Below, one piece after another: positions 17,479 through 26,314 of a DNA stretch of 64,000 bases. The DNA lies in assembly GCA_964491475.1 (NCBI GenBank), contig CAZBFO010000005.1:64841-128840 (forward strand), read 5' to 3'. Below the pieces are notes generated by a model. That model was given only the letters and a program-made list of their open reading frames with translations. It searched no databases and was not told the origin of the DNA. The first letter of the stretch is position 1. The number at the start of each line of letters is the position of its first letter. The position numbers and the translations under genes were made by a program. This DNA is from an uncultured Gammaproteobacteria bacterium (GTDB taxonomy: Bacteria > Patescibacteriota > Patescibacteriia > SG8-24).

Positions 17479-18915
17479 ATGCAGCACTACGCCATCAGTC
17501 CCGATGACGCCGCTGCCCTCCGTTTTGGCATCGAGGATCTTCCCGAGGCCGCCTTCGTCGTGGACGCGCAGCACAACGTCCTTTCCATCAACGCCGCCGC
17601 GCTCAAGCTCATCGGCTTTTCGCGCGAGGAGGTGGTGGGTTGGTCGTTGGAAAAACTTTTCCCGCGCCAGCCGAAGGGCTTCTCGCAGCTGTTCACGGGC
17701 ACCGGCGGCACCGCCAAGTTCGAAATCCGCATGAACACCAAGTCCGGTACGCCGGCATTCATGAGCTTCATGGCCATGCCGGTCCGCAAGGACGGCAAAG
17801 TGGTGGCGGTGACCTATCTTGGACGCGACGTGCGCCTGCGCAAGCTGGTGGAAGGCGAAATTCGCAAGGCTCGCGATTACTTCCGCGCCATCATTCAGGA
17901 TGCGCCGAACGGCATCTGCATCACCGACATGGATCGCAACGTGGTGATGATGAACGGCGTGGCCGAAGACCTTACCGGTCACTCCGCGAACGACATCATC
18001 GGCACGCCGGTGACGGCGTTTTACCCGGCGGACGACGGAGCCAGAAAAATCGACATCGCCAAGCTGCGAAGCGGCGAAAAAATTTCGCGCGAGGTCGAGC
18101 TGACGCATCGCGACGGTTCGACGACGCCTGCGCTGGTCCTTTACCGCCTGCTGGAAGACGAGCACGGCGAGCAGATGATCATCGAATCCTACAGCGACCT
18201 CTCCGATCGCAAGCGGTTGGACCGCCTGCGCAACGAGTTCGTGTTCATCGCCGCGCACGAGCTTCGCAACCCCGTCAGCGCCATTCGCCTGCTTTTGAAC
18301 ATCATCTACGAGGACAAGCGCGTGGGCATCGATCCCGTGATGCGCGGCTACCTTCTCAAGATCCAGGAGGCTGACGACCGCCTGCTGCAGCTGGTCGATG
18401 ACCTGCTGGAAGTCTCCCGAAACGAATCGGGACGCCTCAAAATCGTGGTTTCTCCGCAGAACGTGGCGGATCACGTCGAGGCCATCTTCAGCGAACTGCG
18501 CCCGACGGCGCTGACCAAGGAGGTCCAGCTGACCTACGAACCGCTGCACTCCATGCCGATGGTATTGGCCGACCCCAGCAAGCTCAAGGAAATCATCGCC
18601 AACCTCGTTTCCAACGGCATCAAGTACAACAGCGTCGGCGGCAAATTGGCCGTGCGGCACGCCCTCAAGGCAGGGCAGCTTGAGACGAGCGTGGCCGACA
18701 ACGGCATCGGCATTTCCGAAGACGACCACGGCAAGCTGTTCGAGAAATTCTGGCGCTCCGAAGACAGGGCCGTGCGCGCACAGGCGGGAACCGGCCTCGG
18801 GCTCTACATCGTCAAAGAACTGGTGGAGCGCATGGGCGGCCACATCACGGTGAAGTCTTCGCGCGGCAAAGGGACGACATTCGCCTTCACGCTGCCGTTG
18901 GCCGAGAAGAAATAG
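17479..18915 (+). CDS. PAS-PAS sensor histidine kinase
   Basis: Two PAS-like segments, H-box FIAAHELRNPVSAIRLL, N/G boxes NLVSNGIKYN, GTGLGL; starts 6 nt after kaiB stop (operon). Confidence 0.85.
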   Translation: MQHYAISPDDAAALRFGIEDLPEAAFVVDAQHNVLSINAAALKLIGFSREEVVGWSLEKLFPRQPKGFSQLFTGTGGTAKFEIRMNTKSGTPAFMSFMAMPVRKDGKVVAVTYLGRDVRLRKLVEGEIRKARDYFRAIIQDAPNGICITDMDRNVVMMNGVAEDLTGHSANDIIGTPVTAFYPADDGARKIDIAKLRSGEKISREVELTHRDGSTTPALVLYRLLEDEHGEQMIIESYSDLSDRKRLDRLRNEFVFIAAHELRNPVSAIRLLLNIIYEDKRVGIDPVMRGYLLKIQEADDRLLQLVDDLLEVSRNESGRLKIVVSPQNVADHVEAIFSELRPTALTKEVQLTYEPLHSMPMVLADPSKLKEIIANLVSNGIKYNSVGGKLAVRHALKAGQLETSVADNGIGISEDDHGKLFEKFWRSEDRAVRAQAGTGLGLYIVKELVERMGGHITVKSSRGKGTTFAFTLPLAEKK

Positions 18916-18922
18916 CCTAGCG

Positions 18923-18948
18923 AAAAACCGGGCGCATGCCCGGTTTTT
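18923..18948. terminator. bidirectional rho-independent terminator
   Basis: aaaaa-ccgggcgcatgcccgg-ttttt palindromic hairpin flanked by A and T runs between convergent genes. Confidence 0.7.
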
Positions 18949-18950
18949 GA

Positions 18951-19820
18951 CTACTCCGCGATGATCATGACCTTCGCGCCCTTGAGCACGTTGCCGCCGT
19001 TCCAGTCGTGGATGGCGTTCCAGAGCACGTCGTTCTTGTAAGCGTAGTCCGCGCCGAGGCGGGTGCCGGGATCGTTGGTGATGACGGTCGTCTTGGTGAA
19101 GCCCTTGGCCACCAGCATGTGGTACGGCGGTCCGCCGTTCTTGAAATTCGGGTTGTAGAGCAGTTTGCCGGAAGAGGGGAGCATCACCGGGAAACCTTTG
19201 GCAATTTCGCGTTTCACGTCGTCGAGCGAGGTGATGGGCACGACTTTGGCGGTCTTGAGGCCCAGGAAGTCGCGCATGACGGCGGCAGTGTCGGCTGCCG
19301 AGGTGCTCTGCCATCCGTTCGCGCCGAACGTCTTGGTTTCGTAGGCCACGATGTCTTTCAATTTCTGCTCCATGTCATCGAGTGACATCGATGAGACGTC
19401 GCCGAGATACGCCTGCATCATCGCCATCGATGCTTCTTCGCAGGCGTCCTCATGCAGCGTGTCCCAGTTCTTTTTGGGCGCCTGCGGGACGAACAGGACC
19501 GACAGGTTCAGCGTGTCAGGAATCGCGACAGCGACGGGCTTGGGTTCGGGTTTCGGCGCGGCGGCGTTCACGTTTGCGGAAGGCGCCGGCTTCGGCGCGG
19601 CGGAGTTGACGTTGATGCCCGCGGTGCGTGCCGCATCCTGCTGCGCTTCCTTGCGCGAAATCGCCGTCGGTACCGGTCCGCGGTCCCATTTTCCGTAGGC
19701 CTCGCGCAGTTCGCTGCGGAATTGGAACACGGCGCCCATGAAAGCGGCGATGGAGAGCGCGAGGACGACGAGCAGTGCGACGGTCTTCTTCATAAGAAGT
19801 TTTTCGGTCAATGAGGCCAT
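18951..19820 (-). CDS. membrane-anchored papain-like C39-family peptidase domain protein
   Basis: TM anchor MKKTVALLVVLALSIAAFMGAVF; C-terminal domain with Cys (HEDACEEAS) and His (PYHMLVAKGF) in Peptidase_C39_2-like arrangement; start at Met 19820; N-terminal 142 aa of track ORF unsupported. Confidence 0.55.
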   Translation of the reverse strand: MASLTEKLLMKKTVALLVVLALSIAAFMGAVFQFRSELREAYGKWDRGPVPTAISRKEAQQDAARTAGINVNSAAPKPAPSANVNAAAPKPEPKPVAVAIPDTLNLSVLFVPQAPKKNWDTLHEDACEEASMAMMQAYLGDVSSMSLDDMEQKLKDIVAYETKTFGANGWQSTSAADTAAVMRDFLGLKTAKVVPITSLDDVKREIAKGFPVMLPSSGKLLYNPNFKNGGPPYHMLVAKGFTKTTVITNDPGTRLGADYAYKNDVLWNAIHDWNGGNVLKGAKVMIIAE

Positions 19821-19883
19821 TCTACCTTGACGGCGGCCTTTTTTCAACGCACACTGACGACATTTCCCCTTATCTTCACACCT

Positions 19884-20126
19884 ATGGCAGAAAAGAAACC
19901 CCTGACGATCTCCAAAATCGTCATTGACCGCGACCTGTGCATCGGTGCCGCCACCTGCGTCACCATCGCGCCGAACACCTTCCAGATGGACGACGAGAAC
20001 AAGGCGATTCTCATCAATGCCACCGGCGACGACGCGGAGACGATCCTGGCCGGAGCCGAGTCCTGCCCGACCAAGGCGATTTTCCTGTACGACGAGAACG
20101 GCGAACAGATCTATCCTTACGCGTAA
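19884..20126 (+). CDS. ferredoxin (single [3Fe-4S]/[4Fe-4S] cluster type)
   Basis: CIGAATC...CP cysteine pattern; 80 aa; followed immediately by reductase gene. Confidence 0.7.
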   Translation: MAEKKPLTISKIVIDRDLCIGAATCVTIAPNTFQMDDENKAILINATGDDAETILAGAESCPTKAIFLYDENGEQIYPYA

Positions 20127-21353
20127 ATGAGCCAGCACGTCGACTACCTGATCATCGGCGGAGGCATTGCGGGCGTCACCGCGGCGGAGAACATCCGCGC
20201 GCGCGACGCGAATGGCACGATCCGCATCCTCGGCCAGGAAAAGCACGCGTTGTATTCACGCGTGCTTTTGCCGCACGTCGTGCGCGGCCAAGTGCCGGAG
20301 CAGAAGGCGTTTTTGCGCACTCCCAACGCGCTTCCCGACAAGCGAATCGACTACGTCACCGGTGTGCGAGTCGCAAGCGTCGTTCCGGGGCGCCGTGTCG
20401 CCGTCCTTGCCGACGGCACCGAGCAAAGCTACGGCAAGCTGCTCATCGCCGCGGGCGGCACCTCTCGCAGGCTCGATTGCCCCGGTGCCAAGGACGCCAA
20501 CTGCATTTACCTGCAGACGCTCGATGATGCGCGCCAGTTGCGCGCCGCGTCCGGCACCGCCAAGGCGCTCGTTTACGGTGCCGGTTTCAGCGCGCTGGAA
20601 CTGGTGATGTCGTTCGTGCATCACGGCGCACCGGTGACGGCAGTGGTCCGCGGCGACGGGTTTTTCTCGCGCATACTCGACGCGGAATCCAAGAGGATGA
20701 TTCATTCGGCCCTCGAAAAGAGGGGAGTCCAAATCCTGACGCACAGGGAAATCCGCGGCGTCGAGGCCAAGGGCGGTCTCAAGGCCGTCCACCTGTCCGA
20801 CGGCAGCGTGCAGACCTGTACCGCGCTGGGCGTGGGCATCGGCATCGTACCCAACGTCGGTTTTTTGGCGGGGAGCGGCATCGTCGTCAACAAGGGCGTG
20901 CTCGCGGACGATCGCCTGCGGGCCTCCGCACCGGACGTGTTCGTCGCCGGTGACGTAGCCGAGTTCGAGGACCGCACCCTCGGCATGCGCCACGTGGTCG
21001 GCAACTGGCAGAACGCCATGTTCCAGGGAAAGACCGCCGGCCTGAACATGGCCGGGGACGACGTCGCTTTCGCGTCCGTCTCTTCATACAGCATCCCGAT
21101 TTACGACCTGCCGATGACCTTTGCCGGCGCGACCGATGCCGAAGGCACCGAGAAGATCGTCCGTCACACCGAAAAGGGCGCCATACTGCAGCTGATTTTC
21201 AAGAACGGCAAGCTCGTGGGCGCCACTTGCGTCGGTCCTTATTCCGATCGCACCGCCGTCAACGCGCTTTTGGCTGCCAAGCCGCCGCTTTCGGCAGCCG
21301 CCATGGCCGCCCTCCGGGACGGCAAAACCACACTTTCGTCGCTGGTCGGTTAG
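20127..21353 (+). CDS. FAD-dependent pyridine nucleotide-disulfide oxidoreductase (ferredoxin/rubredoxin reductase-like)
   Basis: GGGIAG and GAGFSALE dinucleotide-binding motifs; ATG directly abuts ferredoxin stop. Confidence 0.85.
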   Translation: MSQHVDYLIIGGGIAGVTAAENIRARDANGTIRILGQEKHALYSRVLLPHVVRGQVPEQKAFLRTPNALPDKRIDYVTGVRVASVVPGRRVAVLADGTEQSYGKLLIAAGGTSRRLDCPGAKDANCIYLQTLDDARQLRAASGTAKALVYGAGFSALELVMSFVHHGAPVTAVVRGDGFFSRILDAESKRMIHSALEKRGVQILTHREIRGVEAKGGLKAVHLSDGSVQTCTALGVGIGIVPNVGFLAGSGIVVNKGVLADDRLRASAPDVFVAGDVAEFEDRTLGMRHVVGNWQNAMFQGKTAGLNMAGDDVAFASVSSYSIPIYDLPMTFAGATDAEGTEKIVRHTEKGAILQLIFKNGKLVGATCVGPYSDRTAVNALLAAKPPLSAAAMAALRDGKTTLSSLVG

Positions 21354-21389
21354 CTGCGGACCTCGGTTTCAGGTTTCCCGCCGCATAGG

Positions 21390-21395
21390 TATACT
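21390..21395 (+). promoter_or_regulatory. -10 element TATACT 6 nt before ATG (leaderless-type)
   Basis: ggTATACTggcgccATG. Confidence 0.35.
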
Positions 21396-21401
21396 GGCGC
21401 C

Positions 21402-23075
21402 ATGAAATGGTTCGCAAAAATCCTCCCATCCAAGGGCATTGCAGGCGCTGATTATCTCGGCGTCTTTTTGCTGGTCTGCGTCATTTACGGATTCGTCAAC
21501 GCCTCATCGACTTTCCTCGACCCCGACTCGTTCTATCACCTGAAGATGACGGAACTGCTCTTGCACCGTGGCATCGTGCGCAATTTCGCGTGGTTGCCGT
21601 ACACGACGTTGGCTCACGCTTTCGCCGACCATCACTTCTTGTACCACGTCATCCTGATACCGTTTGTCACTTTTTACGGTCCGTTCGTGGGCGCAAAGGT
21701 CGCCACCGTGGCGCTGGCCGCCGTCGCAATCGTTGCCTTCTACGCGGCGTTGAAGGCCTACGATTGCAAGATGCCTTTCGTTTTCGCGATGCTGCTGGCG
21801 ACCTCGTCTTCGTTCATGTTCCGGATCAACCTGACCAAGACTTCCGCGATTTCCGTGGCCGTACTGATGCTGGCACTCATAGCGATCCGGCGGGAGAGCC
21901 TGCGGTCCCTGTTCTTCCTTTCCTGGGCATACGTGCTCCTTTACGGAGGCTGGCCGATATTTGGCGTCGTCGTCGGGTCGTTTTTGGCGGCGCGCGTGCT
22001 GGTCGACAGGTTGGTCGACCGGCATCCGTTGCATTCGTGGGGCCATCTTTGGTTTTGGCGCAGGCTCTTCGCGTTGCGGCGCAACGCCTGGGCGGACCTG
22101 CGGGCCTCCCGAGAGGTGCGCATGGCGGCAGCCGTCGTCGCGGGATTGACCTGCGGCGTCGTCGTCAACCCGTACTTCCCGGCAAATTTGCGCTTTTACT
22201 GGGAGCAGATCGTGCAGATTGCCGTGCTGAATTACCGCGACAAGATCGGCGTGGGCGCCGAATGGTATCCGTACCCGATTCCCGAGTTTTATACCGAGAA
22301 CAGCGTCATCTTCATCTGCGCCGCCCTGTGCATCCTGCTCCTGCTGATGATGATTTTCTGGAGCGACGTCACCAAGAGGTTTGCGCCGGCTGGGAATCGC
22401 CAGACCCTTTCCGCGAGGGTTGCCGTATCGATTTTGGCGATTTTTTTCATGGCAATGACGGTGCGCAGCCGCCGCCACGTGGAGTATTTCGTCCCGTTCG
22501 CCATGTTCGCCATTGCCCTCTTCTACTCATCCTTGGGGGCACGGGTCGATTGGAACGCGCTGTCCCGGAAGCTGCAGACTCTGCTCCCGGTGAGGATCAA
22601 GGACCAGCTTTCGCTGGGGGATTTGTCCTGCGCGTACATCACCGTGATGTTCCTGTTCCTGTGCACGCGCAACGTGCTCGGCACGCATGACACTTACGCC
22701 GGAGGCATCCCCTGGTCGCGTTTCTCGAAGGTGGCGGAGTGGACCAGGAACAATATTCCCGCCGGGGCCATCATCACCCACAGCGATTGGGACGAATTTC
22801 CGCCGCTGATGTATTACGACGACACGCATCGCTACATCTGCGGTCTCGATCCCACCTTTCTCTACCGCCAGGATCCCACCCGTTATTGGCTCTGGGTAAA
22901 CGTCAGTACGGGCAAAGTGGGGGAGAACGTGGGCGAAAAAGTTCGCGATGGCTTGGGTTCCCGCTATTTGCTGGTCGAGAGCAAACACGCGGAGATGCGG
23001 CGCGAGCTGGAACTCGACCCCTCCGTCGAGCGCCTATATAGCGATCAGGAAGCTTCGGTATACGCCGTCCGTTGA
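21402..23075 (+). CDS. polytopic membrane protein, GT-C-like glycosyltransferase candidate
   Basis: >10 predicted TM helices; periplasmic loop motifs reminiscent of PMT/ArnT/YfhO-type GT-C enzymes; 557 aa. Confidence 0.65.
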   Translation: MKWFAKILPSKGIAGADYLGVFLLVCVIYGFVNASSTFLDPDSFYHLKMTELLLHRGIVRNFAWLPYTTLAHAFADHHFLYHVILIPFVTFYGPFVGAKVATVALAAVAIVAFYAALKAYDCKMPFVFAMLLATSSSFMFRINLTKTSAISVAVLMLALIAIRRESLRSLFFLSWAYVLLYGGWPIFGVVVGSFLAARVLVDRLVDRHPLHSWGHLWFWRRLFALRRNAWADLRASREVRMAAAVVAGLTCGVVVNPYFPANLRFYWEQIVQIAVLNYRDKIGVGAEWYPYPIPEFYTENSVIFICAALCILLLLMMIFWSDVTKRFAPAGNRQTLSARVAVSILAIFFMAMTVRSRRHVEYFVPFAMFAIALFYSSLGARVDWNALSRKLQTLLPVRIKDQLSLGDLSCAYITVMFLFLCTRNVLGTHDTYAGGIPWSRFSKVAEWTRNNIPAGAIITHSDWDEFPPLMYYDDTHRYICGLDPTFLYRQDPTRYWLWVNVSTGKVGENVGEKVRDGLGSRYLLVESKHAEMRRELELDPSVERLYSDQEASVYAVR

Positions 23076-23138
23076 CAAGAGTTGCCCGTACCGGGAAAAC
23101 AGGGGAAAATGGGCGGGTAATGACCTAGCCCAGCCCTC

Positions 23139-25508
23139 ATGCGCATCGTCATAGCGCTTCCCGTCCTGAATGAAGAAAAGGTGCTTGAATCGACCGTCCG
23201 TTCCCTCTTGCAATTCCTTTCATCCAGGCTCGCCCAGCATGCGGTGACCGTCGTCATCGCCGACAACGGCTCGACGGACGGCACCGAAACCGTGGGGAAA
23301 CGCTTGGAATCCTCGTTGTCTGGCGTGCGCTATCTTCGTATCGCGGAGCGCGGGAAAGGTCGGGCCATCCGTGAGGCCTGGGCGTCGGTAGAGGCCGACG
23401 CCTACGTGTTCATGGATGCGGACCTGGCGGTGGATTTGGCTGATTTGCCCGGATTGGTTTCCTGCATCGAGCGAGGCGCGGGCCTGTGCGTGGGGTCGCG
23501 CTACCTTCCCAAGTCCGAAGTTCGTCGTACCTTTCTGCGGAAACTGCTCTCGCGCGGCTATCGCGCGATGGTCGGTGCCGTGCTGGAGACTGACGTTTCC
23601 GACATTCCCTGCGGCTTCAAAGCCGTCAGCGCGGCAGTGGTGCGCGAAGTCGTCCCGCAGATCAAGGACGACCGGTGGTTTTTCGACACAGAACTGGTGG
23701 TGCGTGCCGAGCGTGCCGGGCATAAGATCGAGGAGGTGGCGGTGAAGTGGCACGAGCAGCACCCGCAAGGACGCAAGTCGCGCGTCCGCGTGTTCTCGCT
23801 CATACGCGAGTACGTCGCGCGAGTGTTCTCGCTCCGCCGCGAACTCGGTCCCAAGAAAATCGTTGAAGACCGAACGACCGTTCGCGGTCTTGTCCGCGCG
23901 GTCACGCGGGAGGAGCGCCGCTTGGCGCTGGGCGTCGCGGCCGCGATAGCGGTCGTCGGCCTGATTCCTCCGTTGTACGCATCGGCCACCGCAGGTTGGC
24001 ACGGCTACGAGTGGACCGGGAGGCAATACCTCTCGCCCGGCGACATGGCCGTGTACCTTTCTTATATTGCCCAGGCGAAAAGCGGCCGCCTGCTGTTCGA
24101 AAACTACGCCACCACCGAGCACCTTACTCCGGTGCTGAACGTCCTCTGGCTGGTCATCGGCTGGTTCGCGCGCCTTTTCGGCATGACGCCGTTGCTGGCC
24201 TTTCACGTCGCGCGAACGTTGCTGATTTTCCCTCTGGCAGCGGCCGTGTATCTGGCGCTGACCTACGTTTTCCCGACGCGCTCGGAGCGCACGGCGGGAT
24301 ACCTGCTGTTCATGCTGTCTTCGGGTGTCGGTCTGTATGCGGCACCCTTCCTGCGCGCGGCACATGTCACCGGCGGCAACTACCAGTGGCCGATAGACTT
24401 CTGGGTGGCCGAGTCGAATGCCTTCATGACGATGCTGTACAGCCCGCACTTTATCGCCTCGCTGACCCTCATCATCGTCGTTGCCGTCCTGCTGCTCATG
24501 GCCTTGGACGCGGAGAAGCCTGCGTATGGCGCCTGGGCCGGTTTGGCCGGCTTGGTCCTGTTCCAGTTCCATCCGTTCCATGCGCCGACGCTGTATTTTG
24601 TGGCGTTCCTGGCCGTCCTGCTGCGGACCAAGGCCAGCGGGTTCCGCCGCAAGCAGTGGTTCGCCGTGGCGCTTTTTTTCCTGCTTTCCGCCCCGTCGGT
24701 GGCGTACCACTACTGGCTGACGCATTGGACGCCGAACGCCGCGTTCATGCTGAAGAACAACGTCACGACCACGCCCAGCATCCAGTACGTGCTCATCGGC
24801 CTCGGCGTGGTCGTTCCCTTGGCAATCTTCGGTTGGTTCGCGTCCAAGGACGGTAAGTCGCTGACGCGCGATCATCGGCAATTTTTCGCCGCATGGGCCG
24901 TGGCGCAGTTCCTTCTCCTGTACGCGCCATTGGTGTTTCAGCGACGTCTGGTCGAGGGGCTGCAGTTCCCAATCGACGTGCTGACCGTCCCCGCACTCCT
25001 CGCCATCGCGGAGTCCCGGCATCTCAAGAAGGTCATGAATTCGGTCAGCATTGCGCTCATCGTGCCGGCGTTGTTCCTGCCGTCGACCTTCTCTACCCTC
25101 CAGAGGAGCATGCAGGCAGCCGACCGCAAGACCGACCGTGACGGGCTGTTCTTCTTCAGCGAGAGCGAATCCGCCATCCTCCGCACGCTGCGCAACAAGA
25201 CTTCGCCGAACGCAGTCGTGCTCTGCGGCATGAGTACCGGCAACGACGTCATCGGCTGGGGCGAACGCCGCACGTACGTGGGCCATTGGGCCAACACCGT
25301 CGACGGCGACAAAAAGCAGGCTGAAGTCGAGGATTTCTTCAAGCACATGACGAACGAGCAGCGAGCCGAGTTCGTGAAGACTCACGGCATCGACGTGGTG
25401 CTCATCAATCCCAAGGACGTCGGCATGAGCATCGTGCCGGTACAAGGGCCCACGTTCGGGTTCATCGGGCAGTTCGGCAATTACGCCGCCCTCTCGGTCC
25501 GTCGTTGA
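23139..25508 (+). CDS. fusion: GT2 glycosyltransferase (DPM1-like) + large GT-C-type membrane domain
   Basis: N-terminus VIALPVLNEE...VVIADNGSTDGT...FMDADL (GT2 DXD); C-terminal ~540 aa with many TM helices; 789 aa. Confidence 0.8.
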   Translation: MRIVIALPVLNEEKVLESTVRSLLQFLSSRLAQHAVTVVIADNGSTDGTETVGKRLESSLSGVRYLRIAERGKGRAIREAWASVEADAYVFMDADLAVDLADLPGLVSCIERGAGLCVGSRYLPKSEVRRTFLRKLLSRGYRAMVGAVLETDVSDIPCGFKAVSAAVVREVVPQIKDDRWFFDTELVVRAERAGHKIEEVAVKWHEQHPQGRKSRVRVFSLIREYVARVFSLRRELGPKKIVEDRTTVRGLVRAVTREERRLALGVAAAIAVVGLIPPLYASATAGWHGYEWTGRQYLSPGDMAVYLSYIAQAKSGRLLFENYATTEHLTPVLNVLWLVIGWFARLFGMTPLLAFHVARTLLIFPLAAAVYLALTYVFPTRSERTAGYLLFMLSSGVGLYAAPFLRAAHVTGGNYQWPIDFWVAESNAFMTMLYSPHFIASLTLIIVVAVLLLMALDAEKPAYGAWAGLAGLVLFQFHPFHAPTLYFVAFLAVLLRTKASGFRRKQWFAVALFFLLSAPSVAYHYWLTHWTPNAAFMLKNNVTTTPSIQYVLIGLGVVVPLAIFGWFASKDGKSLTRDHRQFFAAWAVAQFLLLYAPLVFQRRLVEGLQFPIDVLTVPALLAIAESRHLKKVMNSVSIALIVPALFLPSTFSTLQRSMQAADRKTDRDGLFFFSESESAILRTLRNKTSPNAVVLCGMSTGNDVIGWGERRTYVGHWANTVDGDKKQAEVEDFFKHMTNEQRAEFVKTHGIDVVLINPKDVGMSIVPVQGPTFGFIGQFGNYAALSVRR

Positions 25509-25539
25509 CAGTCGCATTGCGTCTCCGCTTCGCACGGCA

Positions 25540-25545
25540 TACGAT
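25540..25545 (+). promoter_or_regulatory. -10 element TACGAT 6 nt before ATG (leaderless-type)
   Basis: ggcaTACGATgcttatATG. Confidence 0.3.
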
Positions 25546-25551
25546 GCTTAT

Positions 25552-26280
25552 ATGAAAACGCTGGTCGTCATTCCCACTTACAATGAGCGAGAGAACATCG
25601 AGACGCTCGTTGTCACGATGCTCGAAGCGACTCCGAACGACGTCGCCATGCTCATCGTCGATGACGCCTCTCCCGATGGGACGGGCGAGATCGCCGACGT
25701 GTTGAGCATGCAGCACCGTGACCGCCTGTCCGTCCTGCACCGAAAGGGGAAGCTGGGTCTCGGCAGCGCCTATTTGGCCGGTTTTCGCTGCGCCATCGAT
25801 CGCGGATACGAAGCCGTCTGCGAGATGGACGCGGACGGTTCGCACGACCCGCACGCCGTCTCGAGGCTTCTGGCGCTCGTGGAGCAGGGTGCGGATCTTG
25901 CCATCGGTTCGCGTCGCGTGCCGGGCGGCAACGTCGTCGGTTGGGGGCCGCACCGGCACCTGATGAGCGGCGGGGCCATGTCCGTTGCCAGGCTGTTGTT
26001 GGGCCTGAAGACGCGGGACGTCACCTCCGGCTTCCGCTGCTACCGCGCCGCCCTTGCCGCCGAACTCCTTGCCCAGCCGATTGCCAGCAACGGCTACGCC
26101 TTTCAGGAAGAGACCCTCTTTTACGCCGAACGGCTCGGTTTCCGGGTGGTCGAAACGCCCATCGTCTTCCGGGACCGCCTGCGCGGCCGCTCCAAGCTGT
26201 CCTTGCGCGAAGTGGGGCAATTTTTCTCCACCATCGCCACGCTGCTCGGCACGAAGGTCGAGCGCCGTACCAAAAAATAA
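25552..26280 (+). CDS. polyprenol-phosphate mannose/glucose synthase (GT2, DPM1-like)
   Basis: VVIPTYNEREN, IVDDASPDGT, EMDADGSHDP motifs; 242 aa. Confidence 0.85.
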   Translation: MKTLVVIPTYNERENIETLVVTMLEATPNDVAMLIVDDASPDGTGEIADVLSMQHRDRLSVLHRKGKLGLGSAYLAGFRCAIDRGYEAVCEMDADGSHDPHAVSRLLALVEQGADLAIGSRRVPGGNVVGWGPHRHLMSGGAMSVARLLLGLKTRDVTSGFRCYRAALAAELLAQPIASNGYAFQEETLFYAERLGFRVVETPIVFRDRLRGRSKLSLREVGQFFSTIATLLGTKVERRTKK

Positions 26281-26314
26281 GACGACCCGGCCTGTACCGG
26301 GTCGTCTTTCATTT
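26281..26314. terminator. rho-independent terminator (convergent genes)
   Basis: gacgacccgg-cctgta-ccgggtcgtc hairpin followed by TTTCATTT. Confidence 0.65.

Noticed and set aside
17461-19314. 617-aa minus-strand ORF
   Set aside because: Antisense to the PAS histidine kinase.
23220-25535. 771-aa minus-strand ORF
   Set aside because: Antisense to the GT2-GT-C fusion gene; Arg/His/Gln-rich junk.
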